From contig CAVSHR010000004.1 of NCBI GenBank assembly GCA_963727625.1, positions 448,001 through 512,000 of the forward strand: DNA of 64,000 nt, read 5' to 3'. Source of the DNA: an uncultured delta proteobacterium. Lineage in GTDB: Bacteria > Desulfobacterota > Binatia > UBA9968. Under the pieces are notes generated by a model. The model had not been told where the DNA came from and ran no database searches. It saw only the letters and a list, made by a program, of their open reading frames with translations. The translations under genes and the position numbers were made by a program. This document shows positions 30,839 through 40,014 of the stretch, one piece after another. Positions within the stretch are counted from its first letter, which is position 1; every line of letters starts with the position of its first letter.

Positions 30839-31533
30839 CGCAGCTGCTCCCGTTGCTGGATACGAGTCAGGAAAAAGTTGATGACAAAGGTAAGCGCCAG
30901 CAAGATCAGGCTGAGCGCGATGGCAATTTCAAAATTACCCTTGCCGGTTTCGAGCACTGTGGCGGTGGTGAGCACCCGGGTCTGGCCCCGGATATTTCCG
31001 CCCACCATCATCGAAGCGCCCACTTCCGAGATCACACCGCCAAAACCGGCCATGACCGCTGCCAGCAGCGGCAACCGCGCTTCTTTGCACAGCAGCCAGA
31101 GCAGCTGCGGTTTGGAGGCGCCGATGCCGAGCAGTTGCAGGCTGAGCTTGGGATCGAGACTTTGAAAGCTTGCCATCGTCAGGCCGGCAACGATCGGAAA
31201 AGCGATGATCACCTGGGCGATCACCATGGCGGTTGGCGAGTAGATCCATTCGAGAAAACCCAGGGGGCCGCTGCGCCAGAGGAAAATCGAAACGAACAAT
31301 CCGACCACGACTGGCGGCAAACCCATGCCGGTATTGACCAGCGCTGCTACGAGCGCGCGGCCGGGAAAAACCGCCAGCGCCAACGCAATGCCGAGCGGAA
31401 TGCCGAGCACAAGCGAAATCAACGTCGCGCAACCGGAAATCTTCAGCGATAGCCAGGTGATCGACCACACCTCGGCATCGAAGCTGACGACCAGTTCGAC
31501 CGCTTTGATAATCCCCTCTCCGATCAGTCCCAT
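30820..31533 (-). CDS. tupB: Tungstate ABC transporter permease
   Basis: GMGLPPVVVGL, ISEVGASMMVGGNIRGQTRVLTTA.VLET.KG. Confidence 0.9.
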   Translation of the reverse strand: MGLIGEGIIKAVELVVSFDAEVWSITWLSLKISGCATLISLVLGIPLGIALALAVFPGRALVAALVNTGMGLPPVVVGLFVSIFLWRSGPLGFLEWIYSPTAMVIAQVIIAFPIVAGLTMASFQSLDPKLSLQLLGIGASKPQLLWLLCKEARLPLLAAVMAGFGGVISEVGASMMVGGNIRGQTRVLTTATVLETGKGNFEIAIALSLILLALTFVINFFLTRIQQREQLRWPKVS

Positions 31534-31534
31534 A

Positions 31535-32392
31535 TTAAACGCCGAGTTCGTTTTCGTTCTTGCCGGCCACCGGAACGAAAAGCGGCTGGCCTAATTTTTC
31601 CACGCCGAAATTCCGGATCAAGTTTTGCGTCTGCGGCGCGATCATGAAGTCAGCAAAAGCCTTGCCCCCGGCAACGTTTATACGCGGGCCGTTAGCTGGA
31701 TTGATCTCGAGAACCGAATAGATATTCAAAAGCGCCCGATCGCCTTCGACAAGAATCGGCAGGCTCAGGCGCTTGGCCAGCGCCAGATACGTCCCGCGGT
31801 CTGTGATCGTGTATGCGTTGCGCTCGTTGGCGATCCTGAGTGTGGCGCCCATGCCCTGCCCGGCTTCGATGTACCAGCCGCCTTTGGGCTCTATGCCGGA
31901 CGATTTCCATAGGGACTTTTCCAACGTATGTGTGCCCGAGTTGTCGCCGCGGGAGACAAAATTGGCCTTGTCCCGCGCGATCGCTTTGAGCCCCTCGACG
32001 GCGCTCTTGCTCAAACGAACCCGCGCCGGGTCATCCTTGGGTCCGATAATGACGAAGTCGTTGTACATCACCAGGCGCCGGTTGAGCAGCTTGCCGTCAG
32101 TGACATATTTTTTCTCCAAGCTCGGGGCATGCACCAACGCCACGTCGGCATCCCCCTTTGCCGCCAATGCCAACGCTTGACCGGTGCCTACCGACACTGT
32201 TTTGACGACATAACCGCTTTGCTTTTCAAACACCGGAACGAGCAAGTCGAGCAACCCGGAATCCTGCGTGCTCGTCGTGGTCGACAGAATGACGTTCCGA
32301 TTAATTGATTCCGCGCCGTGCAAATCCAATCCGGGATACCCGATCAATACAAACAAAAAGGCGAGTAGCAACCAACTTCTCATCTTGCCCAT
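31535..32392 (-). CDS. tupA: Tungstate ABC transporter substrate-binding protein
   Basis: TupA signature TTTSTQDSGLL, VGTGQAL, VHAP, FVSRGDNSGTH, GQGMG, TDRGTY. Confidence 0.93.
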   Translation of the reverse strand: MGKMRSWLLLAFLFVLIGYPGLDLHGAESINRNVILSTTTSTQDSGLLDLLVPVFEKQSGYVVKTVSVGTGQALALAAKGDADVALVHAPSLEKKYVTDGKLLNRRLVMYNDFVIIGPKDDPARVRLSKSAVEGLKAIARDKANFVSRGDNSGTHTLEKSLWKSSGIEPKGGWYIEAGQGMGATLRIANERNAYTITDRGTYLALAKRLSLPILVEGDRALLNIYSVLEINPANGPRINVAGGKAFADFMIAPQTQNLIRNFGVEKLGQPLFVPVAGKNENELGV

Positions 32393-32403
32393 TCCTTTCG
32401 AGA

Positions 32404-33324
32404 TTAACTTTGTAACTGGATGATCCTTCCCGTTTCGCTCACATCGTAGCCGCCCATGTCGTCTACTCGTCGGCGGAACTCACGGGATCCGACAACAGCC
32501 AACAGCGCCTGGATACGCGGCGCAAAAAAATTTTCCTTGCGTACCCATAGATCGAAGCGTTCGCGAGTCAACGGGATAAAATCGAGGCCTAACAGCTGAG
32601 CCGCGGTTCGGGTGGCCAGACCGACATCCGCCTGGCCGCGAAGAATTTGTAAGCCTACATCCACGTGCGTTGACACTACCGTGGCGTAGCCGGATATTTT
32701 TTGCGGTTTGATGTGCAATTTGAGCAATTCCTGATCAAGGTAGATACGCGTGCCGGAGCCTGCTTGCCGATTGATGAAGCGCACATCCCCTCGGGTGAGG
32801 TCGCGGACCGCACTCAAGTTCAAGCGATTGCCGCGTACCACCACGAGACCTAATTCCCGATGAAATAGCGTGACCACCGCTGCTGTGCTTGAATATTCCT
32901 TTCCGGTCGCGCTCCGTCCAGCCAGAGGACGCGCAGGGTCGAGCAGATGGGCCGTCGCGACATCGACCAGCCCCTCGTGCAGCGCTGCAAGACCCGCGCT
33001 GCTTCCGACCCTGGCCATAAAAAACGACGCCGGGCGAGTTTGCGCGTCAAAGAGTTCGTGCAAAATCCCGAGACTAGGATCGTCGCTGCCGGCGGCAAGG
33101 AGATGCGATCGACCTTCCGGCGATCTCGATCGTGCTACCATTCCGGAGGCGCTTTGCTCGATCCATTGCGCGACCAGTTTTTTTGGAAATGTCCATTTCC
33201 CGGTTACCCGCGTGCACGGGATCTTACCGGTCTTGGCGAGGAAATAGACTTTTTTCTCGTTGATGCCGAGATAGCGGGCAACCGCGCGCACAGTGAGAAA
33301 CTCAGACGCTTCTGATGTCTTCAT
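32404..33324 (-). CDS. Excisionase/MerR-type HTH plus periplasmic-binding-fold regulator (Mo/W sensing)
   Basis: FLTVRAVARYLGINEKKVY.LA..GKIPCTRVTGKWTFP, then AGSDDP, VGSSAGL, FINRQAGSGTR; first gene of the tup operon. Confidence 0.88.
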   Translation of the reverse strand: MKTSEASEFLTVRAVARYLGINEKKVYFLAKTGKIPCTRVTGKWTFPKKLVAQWIEQSASGMVARSRSPEGRSHLLAAGSDDPSLGILHELFDAQTRPASFFMARVGSSAGLAALHEGLVDVATAHLLDPARPLAGRSATGKEYSSTAAVVTLFHRELGLVVVRGNRLNLSAVRDLTRGDVRFINRQAGSGTRIYLDQELLKLHIKPQKISGYATVVSTHVDVGLQILRGQADVGLATRTAAQLLGLDFIPLTRERFDLWVRKENFFAPRIQALLAVVGSREFRRRVDDMGGYDVSETGRIIQLQS

Positions 33325-33360
33325 TCGATTTTCGCCATATCAAAATTAGAAAGATAAGGC

Positions 33361-33392
33361 AAAATACTTACAAATACTTACAAAAATACTTA
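33361..33392. repeat. Three direct AAATACTTA repeats upstream of the tup regulator
   Basis: AAATACTTA at 33362, 33372 and 33384. Confidence 0.85.
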
Positions 33393-33450
33393 GACAAAGA
33401 AGCACAAACGGACGCGCAGCGGCCGGAATGGAGAGGATGTTGCTATGCCG

Positions 33451-35514
33451 TCAACGGGGTTGGTTGATTTCGATAACAATATTGCCGAAGCGGTCGACAT
33501 GCGCCTCTTGGCCCGGATGCACGACCGTCGTCGAATCCATCTGCTCGATGATCGCCGGACCGCTGAGCCGGTTGCCGGAGCGGAGTTTCTCACGGTCGTA
33601 GATCGGCGTTTCATGCCAGCCGTCGAAATACGCCCGGCGCCGCGCCTTGATCGCGCGATCGGCATTCGCGTCGCTCAGCGCTATCGCTGCGACGGCAGGT
33701 TTGGGAACGAGCACTTTGGTCGTCAAGCGAAAATTGACGATCTCGACCTTTTGGTCCTCGGCGCGCGAGCCGAAATGCTTTTCATGCACCTCATCGAAAG
33801 TTTTGCGCCATCCCGCCTTGGCGTCCGCCGCTAATTTGCCGCGCGCCACCGGCACCGGCAGCTCGTACTTTTGAATACTGTAGCGCAGGTCGATGGCGCG
33901 CTCGTAAACGATTTGCGCGGCGGGAACACCCTGGGATTCGAACTCCCGCTGCGCCGCCGTTTCCAGCGCTTCGAAGCGGCGCTGGATTTCTTCAACGTCA
34001 GCCGCTTCCAGCTCGGCAAAGTGCGTTTGCACGTAATCGCGCTTCAAGTCCGAGACGAGCAGGCCCATCGCCGAGTGCACCCCCGGGGAAGGTGGAACCA
34101 AAACACGGGGAATTTTGAGCTCCTGGGCCAACAGCACCGCATGCACCGGACCGGCGCCGCCGAAGGCCAGCAGCACATATTCACGCGGGTCCTCGCCGCG
34201 GGACACGGTAACCAGCCTGAGCGCTTCGACCATTTCCGAGCCAACGATTTTGATGATGCCGTTGGCCGCCTCGATGGTTTCGAGCTTGAGCGGTTCGGCG
34301 GTATGGGTCGAAATCGCCCGTGCCGCCGCCTTGGCATCGAGATGAAACTTACCGCCAACGAAAAACTCCGGATTCAACCAGCCGAGGGTCACGTCGGCGT
34401 CGGTCACCGTCGGCAACGAGCCGCCGTTCGGATAACAGGCCGGGCCGGGATCGGCGCCCGCGCTCTGCGGCCCCACTTTCAACAGGCCGCTCTTGTCGAT
34501 CCAGGCGATGCTGCCGCCGCCGGCGCCGATCTCGACCAGGTCGAGGGACGGTGTCGAGATCAGCCACTCGCCCGCTTGAAAGCGCGGTACGACGCGCGGC
34601 TCGCCATCTTGGACAATGCCGGCCTTCGCCGTGGTGCCGCCCATGTCGAATGAGATCACTCGCAGCTGATGGGTCATGCGGCCGATATGCGCCGCCCCGA
34701 GCACGCCCGCCGCCGGGCCTGATTCGATCATGCGCACGGGAATGCTGCGCAGCGCCCCGCCGGTGAGGCTGCCGCCGTTGGACTGCATGATGTAAAGCGG
34801 CTTGGTTATGCGCCGGCTCTTGAGCGCTTCCTCGAGCTGGTGAATGTAACGATTGACCACCGGCGCCACGTAGGCGTTGACCACGGTGGTCGCCAGGCGC
34901 GGATATTCGCGAATCTGCGGCAGGGTCTCAGAGGACAGGTAGACCTGCGCGTCGGGCACAACCTCGGCGACCAGCTGGCGCACGCGCTGCTCATGGGCGG
35001 GATTCATGAAGGAAAAAATCAGGCACACCGCCACCGATTCGACGCCGGAGTTTTTTAACCGCGCCAAACGCCGGCGCGTTTCCTTTTCGTCCATTTCCCG
35101 CAGCACGTTACCGCGAAAATCGATGCGCTCGGGAATTTGAATCGTATGGCGCTGCGGCACCAGCATGGGCGGCTTGGGATAGGCGAGATAGTCGTAGCTC
35201 GCGCTGCGCACCTCGCCCAACTCCGGGGTCTCGTACACGCCGGTGTAACCTTCAGTGATGATCAGCCAGGTCTCCGCGCCCTTGCGCTCGAGCAGCGCAT
35301 TGGTCGCCACCGTGGTGGCGTGAAAAAGAAAAGTGACATCCTCGGGTAAACGACCGCTGCCGAAGTATTCATCCACGGCGTTCATCACGCCCCGAGTCAG
35401 ATCCGCCGGCGTGCTTAAAACCTTGGAATTGAAAACCCTACCGTCCTGTTCGTCTAGCACGCTCAAATCAGTAAACGTGCCGCCGATATCGATACCGACT
35501 CTGTAGCGGGACAT
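33451..35514 (-). CDS. Hydantoinase A/oxoprolinase family protein
   Basis: VGIDIGGTFTD, HATTVATNALLE, ESGPAAG, DMGGTT, IGAGGGSIA, GPQSAGADPGPACY, AFGGAGPVHA. Confidence 0.93.
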   Translation of the reverse strand: MSRYRVGIDIGGTFTDLSVLDEQDGRVFNSKVLSTPADLTRGVMNAVDEYFGSGRLPEDVTFLFHATTVATNALLERKGAETWLIITEGYTGVYETPELGEVRSASYDYLAYPKPPMLVPQRHTIQIPERIDFRGNVLREMDEKETRRRLARLKNSGVESVAVCLIFSFMNPAHEQRVRQLVAEVVPDAQVYLSSETLPQIREYPRLATTVVNAYVAPVVNRYIHQLEEALKSRRITKPLYIMQSNGGSLTGGALRSIPVRMIESGPAAGVLGAAHIGRMTHQLRVISFDMGGTTAKAGIVQDGEPRVVPRFQAGEWLISTPSLDLVEIGAGGGSIAWIDKSGLLKVGPQSAGADPGPACYPNGGSLPTVTDADVTLGWLNPEFFVGGKFHLDAKAAARAISTHTAEPLKLETIEAANGIIKIVGSEMVEALRLVTVSRGEDPREYVLLAFGGAGPVHAVLLAQELKIPRVLVPPSPGVHSAMGLLVSDLKRDYVQTHFAELEAADVEEIQRRFEALETAAQREFESQGVPAAQIVYERAIDLRYSIQKYELPVPVARGKLAADAKAGWRKTFDEVHEKHFGSRAEDQKVEIVNFRLTTKVLVPKPAVAAIALSDANADRAIKARRRAYFDGWHETPIYDREKLRSGNRLSGPAIIEQMDSTTVVHPGQEAHVDRFGNIVIEINQPR

Positions 35515-35587
35515 ATTTTTCGCTCACCTCTGCTTAGCTACATAACACAGGATGGGACAAAATAAACGAAACGAATCGGTTGTGATG

Positions 35588-35664
35588 GTTCAAGGTTCAA
35601 TCGTTCAACGTTCCGGGGCTGCAGGTCCTCCGACCTTGAACTTTTGAACCGTTGAACCTTGAAC
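35588..35664. repeat. Inverted repeat with tandem GTTCAA(N) arms
   Basis: GTTCAAGGTTCAATCGTTCAACGTTC ... TTGAACTTTTGAACCGTTGAACCTTGAAC. Confidence 0.85.
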
Positions 35665-35672
35665 AGGAAACA

Positions 35673-37118
35673 TTACGCCCAATAAGTCGTCCGATCGATG
35701 GGAATATGCTGCAAAATTTCTCCCGGCACGAAGTCTTCCAGCTTGATTCGTTTCATGGCTTCGCCGGGGCATTTCGATACCGGCGAGAACGGCCGGTCCA
35801 GCGGCTTGGTGGCGTCGACGATCATCGCGGAAGTGCGCCGCGGATGTTCCATCGAGGGATCGATAAGACTGCCGCGCATAATGTCTGGAATGATGGAAAT
35901 CTGCCGGTGCGGCTGCACTCGGGTCGCCAGGGCCCAGAGAATCTCGGTCGGATTGTAGACATCGATGTCCTCGTCGAAGACAAAAACGTTTTTCGCCCAA
36001 TCCCAGGTGAGCGCCGCCGCCGCGGCTCGCCCCGGGTCGCCTTCGGACATTTTTTTCATCGCAATAAAAACATTGAGCAGCGCGTGCCGTCCGCTGGCGC
36101 AAACCGCCTGGACTCCCGGCACCGCCTCTCGGCAGCGGCGCAGATAGGCGCCTTCGCGCGCCAGATCCATCCAGGGCTTGTCGCCTTCCGGCGTGAGAAT
36201 CGACATATGCATGGCACCGCGCCGATGGGTGATCGCGCGCACTTCGTAATGAGCCGATTGCTGATAGCCTTGCAAACCCAAATAACCGTTCACCTCGCCG
36301 AACGGTCCTTCGACCAATCGCTTGCCGGGCAGCAGCGCGCCCTCGATAACGATCTCGGCGTCCGCCGGCACCAGCAATCTCTCGCCCCAGATTTCCGACG
36401 GGACGAGCCGCAGCGGCTCCTGCATATAACCGCCGATAATATCGTACTCGCTGATCTCGAACGGCCCACCGTAACAGGCGCCCATCTGGTAAGCGGGATG
36501 ATGTCCAATCACCGTCGCCACCGGACACTCCTCGCCGGCCTCTTCGTAAACGCGAAAGATCCGCCACATATGCTGCAGCGTCATCAAAAACCCGGTGTGG
36601 TTTGGGTCTTTCACCTCCATGCGATGATAGGAGCAGTTGTAAACGCCGCTCTGCCGGTCCCTAGCGACACTGGACATGTCGATATACGGCCCGCCGTCCA
36701 TTTCATGGTGGCGCAAAAGCGGCAGCTCGTAGAGATCGACATCGTCGCCTTTACGAATAATTTCTTTCACCGGCGCGGCCTGTCTGCTCACGATCACCGG
36801 GCCAATCCTATTCGCTTCCCGGCGCAAACACTCCCGCGCCATCTCGGCGCGATCCATTTCGGGCGGCACGCCGAGCGCCGTTTGAACCTTTTTCTGCGAG
36901 TTCTCCGCGCTCATGACCAGCTTCATGTCCGTCACGTGACCATGGGCGTCGAGCGGATTTTCAAAAATGAGCACCGGAAATTTTTTCAGAGCCCCAAGCT
37001 GCTTGACGATCGCCGTGACGTCGTAGGTCAAAGGGTTTACCGTTTTTGCGATCGACACCACATCGCTCGGATATGCCCGGCGCATGTCGTTTAAAAACGT
37101 TCGTAGCGATTTCGACAT
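35673..37118 (-). CDS. UbiD-family (prFMN) decarboxylase
   Basis: DGGPYI, YNCSYHR, VPADAEIVIEG, EGPFGE, DEDIDVYNPTEILWALATR, IVDATKP. Confidence 0.92.
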   Translation of the reverse strand: MSKSLRTFLNDMRRAYPSDVVSIAKTVNPLTYDVTAIVKQLGALKKFPVLIFENPLDAHGHVTDMKLVMSAENSQKKVQTALGVPPEMDRAEMARECLRREANRIGPVIVSRQAAPVKEIIRKGDDVDLYELPLLRHHEMDGGPYIDMSSVARDRQSGVYNCSYHRMEVKDPNHTGFLMTLQHMWRIFRVYEEAGEECPVATVIGHHPAYQMGACYGGPFEISEYDIIGGYMQEPLRLVPSEIWGERLLVPADAEIVIEGALLPGKRLVEGPFGEVNGYLGLQGYQQSAHYEVRAITHRRGAMHMSILTPEGDKPWMDLAREGAYLRRCREAVPGVQAVCASGRHALLNVFIAMKKMSEGDPGRAAAAALTWDWAKNVFVFDEDIDVYNPTEILWALATRVQPHRQISIIPDIMRGSLIDPSMEHPRRTSAMIVDATKPLDRPFSPVSKCPGEAMKRIKLEDFVPGEILQHIPIDRTTYWA

Positions 37119-37136
37119 GGAATTGATTCGTCCCCA

Positions 37137-37183
37137 GGGCGATTCATGAATCGCCCCCACTACAGATTCGTAAATCGGCCTAC
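37137..37183. repeat. REP palindrome(s) associated with the RAYT
   Basis: Perfect 20-bp palindrome GGGCGATTCATGAATCGCCC (37137-37156) with a nearby GTAG on the minus strand, plus a degenerate copy GTAGGCCGATTTACGAATC (37165-37183). Confidence 0.8.
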
Positions 37184-37185
37184 AA

Positions 37186-37717
37186 TCAATGTTGATGTTC
37201 CGGCTCCGACACCGCCGGATTCTCCTGGTCGAATTCCCACTGCGCCGGATTATCCAGAATGTATTGTCGAATCCGGTTCAGGGATTCGTCATCCCGAATA
37301 ATATGTTCGTAGTAATTGCGCTGCCAGACGGGTATTCCCGGTGTATCGCGCAGAACGTTGAGCTGTTTTGCAGAAATCATTTTAAATCGCCCGAGGATCT
37401 TCGATAACAACATGTGGCGCCGACCTACAATACGGGTGGGTGACGATTATTCCATGCATGTGATTGGGCATGACGACGAACGCATCCAATTCAACACCTC
37501 TATAAAAGTGCGACAAACCATCCCATACGGACTGCACGATTCGCCCAGCCTCGTTCAATTCTATCTGACCATCGACAACGTTGCCGAACAAACATTCCCC
37601 CTCCCATCTGCATAGCGTGACATAATACGCCCCGGCCTGCGAATAATCGTATCCCTGCAAACGAATCGACCGACGTCTCCGTTTCTGGTCGATTGGATCC
37701 TTCGCGATTGCCGTCAC
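37186..37717 (-). pseudogene. REP-associated tyrosine transposase (RAYT, Y1/IS200-like), frameshifted
   Basis: RRSIRLQGYDYSQAGAYYVTLC and VVMPNHMHGI (HUH) in one frame; LSKILGRFK...WQRNYYEHIIRD..LNRIRQYILDNP in another. Confidence 0.9.
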
Positions 37718-38031
37718 GTACGCTCCGTTACACAATCCGCATTCTCAATCGCGCCATTTGCTGGGCTCAGCCCCCTCGCCAGCTACGAAACCATTTTGCC
37801 AGAACCTGAATGTCGTGGCCCAGCGCGATTACGCGGGTCTCTCATACGGTTGCTACCTAACACGCGAAGAATCGTCTAAACAACACCGTCGAATCCGTCA
37901 CAAAACACTCGACACCGGGCATCGATGTAGTTCGAATTCTCCATTCTCAATTCTCATTATCGATTCCCTCCCCCTCTTGCACCCCGGCCCATGCCTGAGC
38001 TATTGCAATGGGAAGAAAAGGAGCCAGATCA

Positions 38032-39114
38032 ATGGGCATAATCGAACGAACCTATGGCAAGGAAACCAACACCGTCATCAACGAAGTTTTGATCTCGTCG
38101 GACTCGCATGTCATCGAGCCCGCGGGGCTTTGGCAGAAACAATTGCCCAAGGCTTATCAGGATCGGGCCCCCGATTTTGGCGGGCAAAGACCCAACGACA
38201 CCCCCGGCGGCGCCCAGGACAAGAACAAGCGCATCTCCGAAATGGCCGCCGACGGCGTCAGCGGCGAAGTGCTCTACCCGACCCATGGCTTGAAGTGCAT
38301 AAGCCTCGACGATCACGAGTTGGAGGTGGCCTGTTGCCGGGTCTATAACGACTGGCTCATCGACTACTGCAGCGCCGCCCCCGATCGGCTCATCGGTATC
38401 GCCATGCTGTCGATGTACGACATTGACGAAGCGGTGAAGGAGCTGGAACGCTGCCGTAAGGCCGGCATGCGCGGGTCGGTGATCTGGCAGGTGCCGCCGC
38501 CAGAGCTCCCGTTCTCCTCGTCGCACTACGACAAGTTCTGGACCGCGTCTCAAGAACTCGACATGCCGGTCAATTTGCACATCTTGAGCGGCCACGGCTA
38601 CAGCCGCAGCCGCTCCCTCGGGCAGGGAGACACCCCCACCGGCATGACCGCCGAGCACAATAGCGTCAACATGAAACTGTTCCAGTCGGTCGATAGCCTT
38701 TACGATCTAATCTATTCCGGCGTGTTGGAGCGTTTTCCCAAACTGAAGATCGTTCTGGTCGAAAACGAGCTGGGCTGGATTCCCTTTGTCCTGGAACAGT
38801 GGGACTACTACTTCAAGCGCCATGGCGCCAAGCGCGAAGGGCTGAACATAACAAAACCGCCGAGCGAATACTTCCACAAGCAGATTTTCACCACGTTCTT
38901 CAACGACGCCGTCGGCGGCCATATCCTGTCGTGGTGGGGCCAAGACAACTGCATGTGGTCAAACGATTTCCCGCACGGCAATTCGACCTGGCCCAATTCC
39001 CGTCAGGTTGTCAGCCGCGACCTGGGCAGTCTACCGGCCGACGTACGCGCCAAACTGGTGCGCGAGAACGTCGCGCGGGTTTATAACATCCCGGTGCCGA
39101 GCCCGGTGCAGTAA
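38032..39114 (+). CDS. Amidohydrolase family 2 protein
   Basis: ISSDSHVIEP, EVLYPT, YNDWL, PVNLH, GVLERFPKLKIVLVE, MWSNDFPH. Confidence 0.92.
   Translation: MGIIERTYGKETNTVINEVLISSDSHVIEPAGLWQKQLPKAYQDRAPDFGGQRPNDTPGGAQDKNKRISEMAADGVSGEVLYPTHGLKCISLDDHELEVACCRVYNDWLIDYCSAAPDRLIGIAMLSMYDIDEAVKELERCRKAGMRGSVIWQVPPPELPFSSSHYDKFWTASQELDMPVNLHILSGHGYSRSRSLGQGDTPTGMTAEHNSVNMKLFQSVDSLYDLIYSGVLERFPKLKIVLVENELGWIPFVLEQWDYYFKRHGAKREGLNITKPPSEYFHKQIFTTFFNDAVGGHILSWWGQDNCMWSNDFPHGNSTWPNSRQVVSRDLGSLPADVRAKLVRENVARVYNIPVPSPVQ
38899..39114 (+). repeat. Copy 1 of a 216-bp duplicated amidohydrolase 3' end
   Basis: Aligns without gaps to 39792-40007 (27 mismatches by hand count). Confidence 0.9.
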
Positions 39115-39204
39115 TCGGCGGGAGCAGTTAACTCAATAGTTGTTGTCGCGGTTTAAGATGCTGGTGGAGAAGTGCGGCAAAACGTGCCCTTTTCCACCGA
39201 ACAG

Positions 39205-39423
39205 CTAGGTTGGGTTCGTTTGAATAATTGCCGGCAGCTTGTTGAGAGTAAGCTTTTTAAGATCCACTTTTCGGCTGGCATTATCGATGTCAATGCCCAC
39301 CAAGTTCCCTTCGGCATCATAGTCAAGAACGACACCCTCCGTGATCTCTCGGCTTTCGACGCTCGGCCGCTCAGAAAGATCTATATAAAGGGAGTCTGTG
39401 TCTGCATAATAATTGAGCTTCAT
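39205..39423 (-). CDS. DUF2283 family putative antitoxin
   Basis: MKLNYYADTDSLYIDL...ESREITEGVVLDYDAEGNLVGIDIDNAS. Confidence 0.88.
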   Translation of the reverse strand: MKLNYYADTDSLYIDLSERPSVESREITEGVVLDYDAEGNLVGIDIDNASRKVDLKKLTLNKLPAIIQTNPT

Positions 39424-39662
39424 GGCTTGAACCCTCTGTCTGGAAAAGCGTTGTGAACCGTAACTTTATCATCCAACGTGACAACTCTCAGAATTTTCCC
39501 TTCAAACTCCTCGATTTTGCCCCAAAACCGATACCGGTTTTGCTCTTGCGGCTCGCTTCGCAGCGGATTTTCCAAAACCTGAATACACCACTCCTTCTTC
39601 AAATAGGGACGCTTACGCAAAACCTCGTGCTCGAAATATTCCGTGAACCCGAATTGTGGCAC
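39420..39662 (-). CDS. Putative type II toxin (DUF4258/BrnT/RelE-like ribonuclease fold)
   Basis: 80-aa ORF ending RYRFWG....GKILRVVTL.D..TVHNAFPDR, coupled by an ATGA overlap to the DUF2283 gene. Confidence 0.7.
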   Translation of the reverse strand: MPQFGFTEYFEHEVLRKRPYLKKEWCIQVLENPLRSEPQEQNRYRFWGKIEEFEGKILRVVTLDDKVTVHNAFPDRGFKP

Positions 39663-39791
39663 TCCCAGAGGATAACCCGTTTCCCTTCAGATGACTAGGA
39701 TAACGAGGTCGCACCTGAGCAGCGGGGCGAAGGCCTCTCGATAAAAACTCTTCCCGCACGTATTTCTATGGGTAGGTTGTACGAGTCCTTG

Positions 39792-40007
39792 TTCGACGAC
39801 GCCGTCGGCGGTCACATCTTGTTGTGGTGGGGCGCCGACAACTGCATGTGGTCCAACGACTTCCCGCACGGCAACTCGACCTGGCCCAATTCCCGCCAGG
39901 TTGTCAGCCGCGACCTGGGCATTCTACCGGCCGACGTACGCGCTAAACTGGTGCGCGAAAACGTCGCGAAGCTTTACAATATCCCCATCCCGACGCCCGT
40001 TCAGTAA
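39792..40007 (+). pseudogene. Copy 2: orphan 3' end of the amidohydrolase gene
   Basis: FDDAVGGHILLWWGADNCMWSNDFPHGNSTWPNSRQVVSRDLG...PTPVQ*, near-identical to the C-terminus of 38032-39114. Confidence 0.9.
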
Positions 40008-40014
40008 ATGCAAG

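Noticed and set aside
37932-37966. ATTCTCC-ATTCTCA-ATTCTCA heptamer run
   Set aside because: A single arm with no complementary partner; too short to call as an element, though it may be an eroded member of the repeat family.
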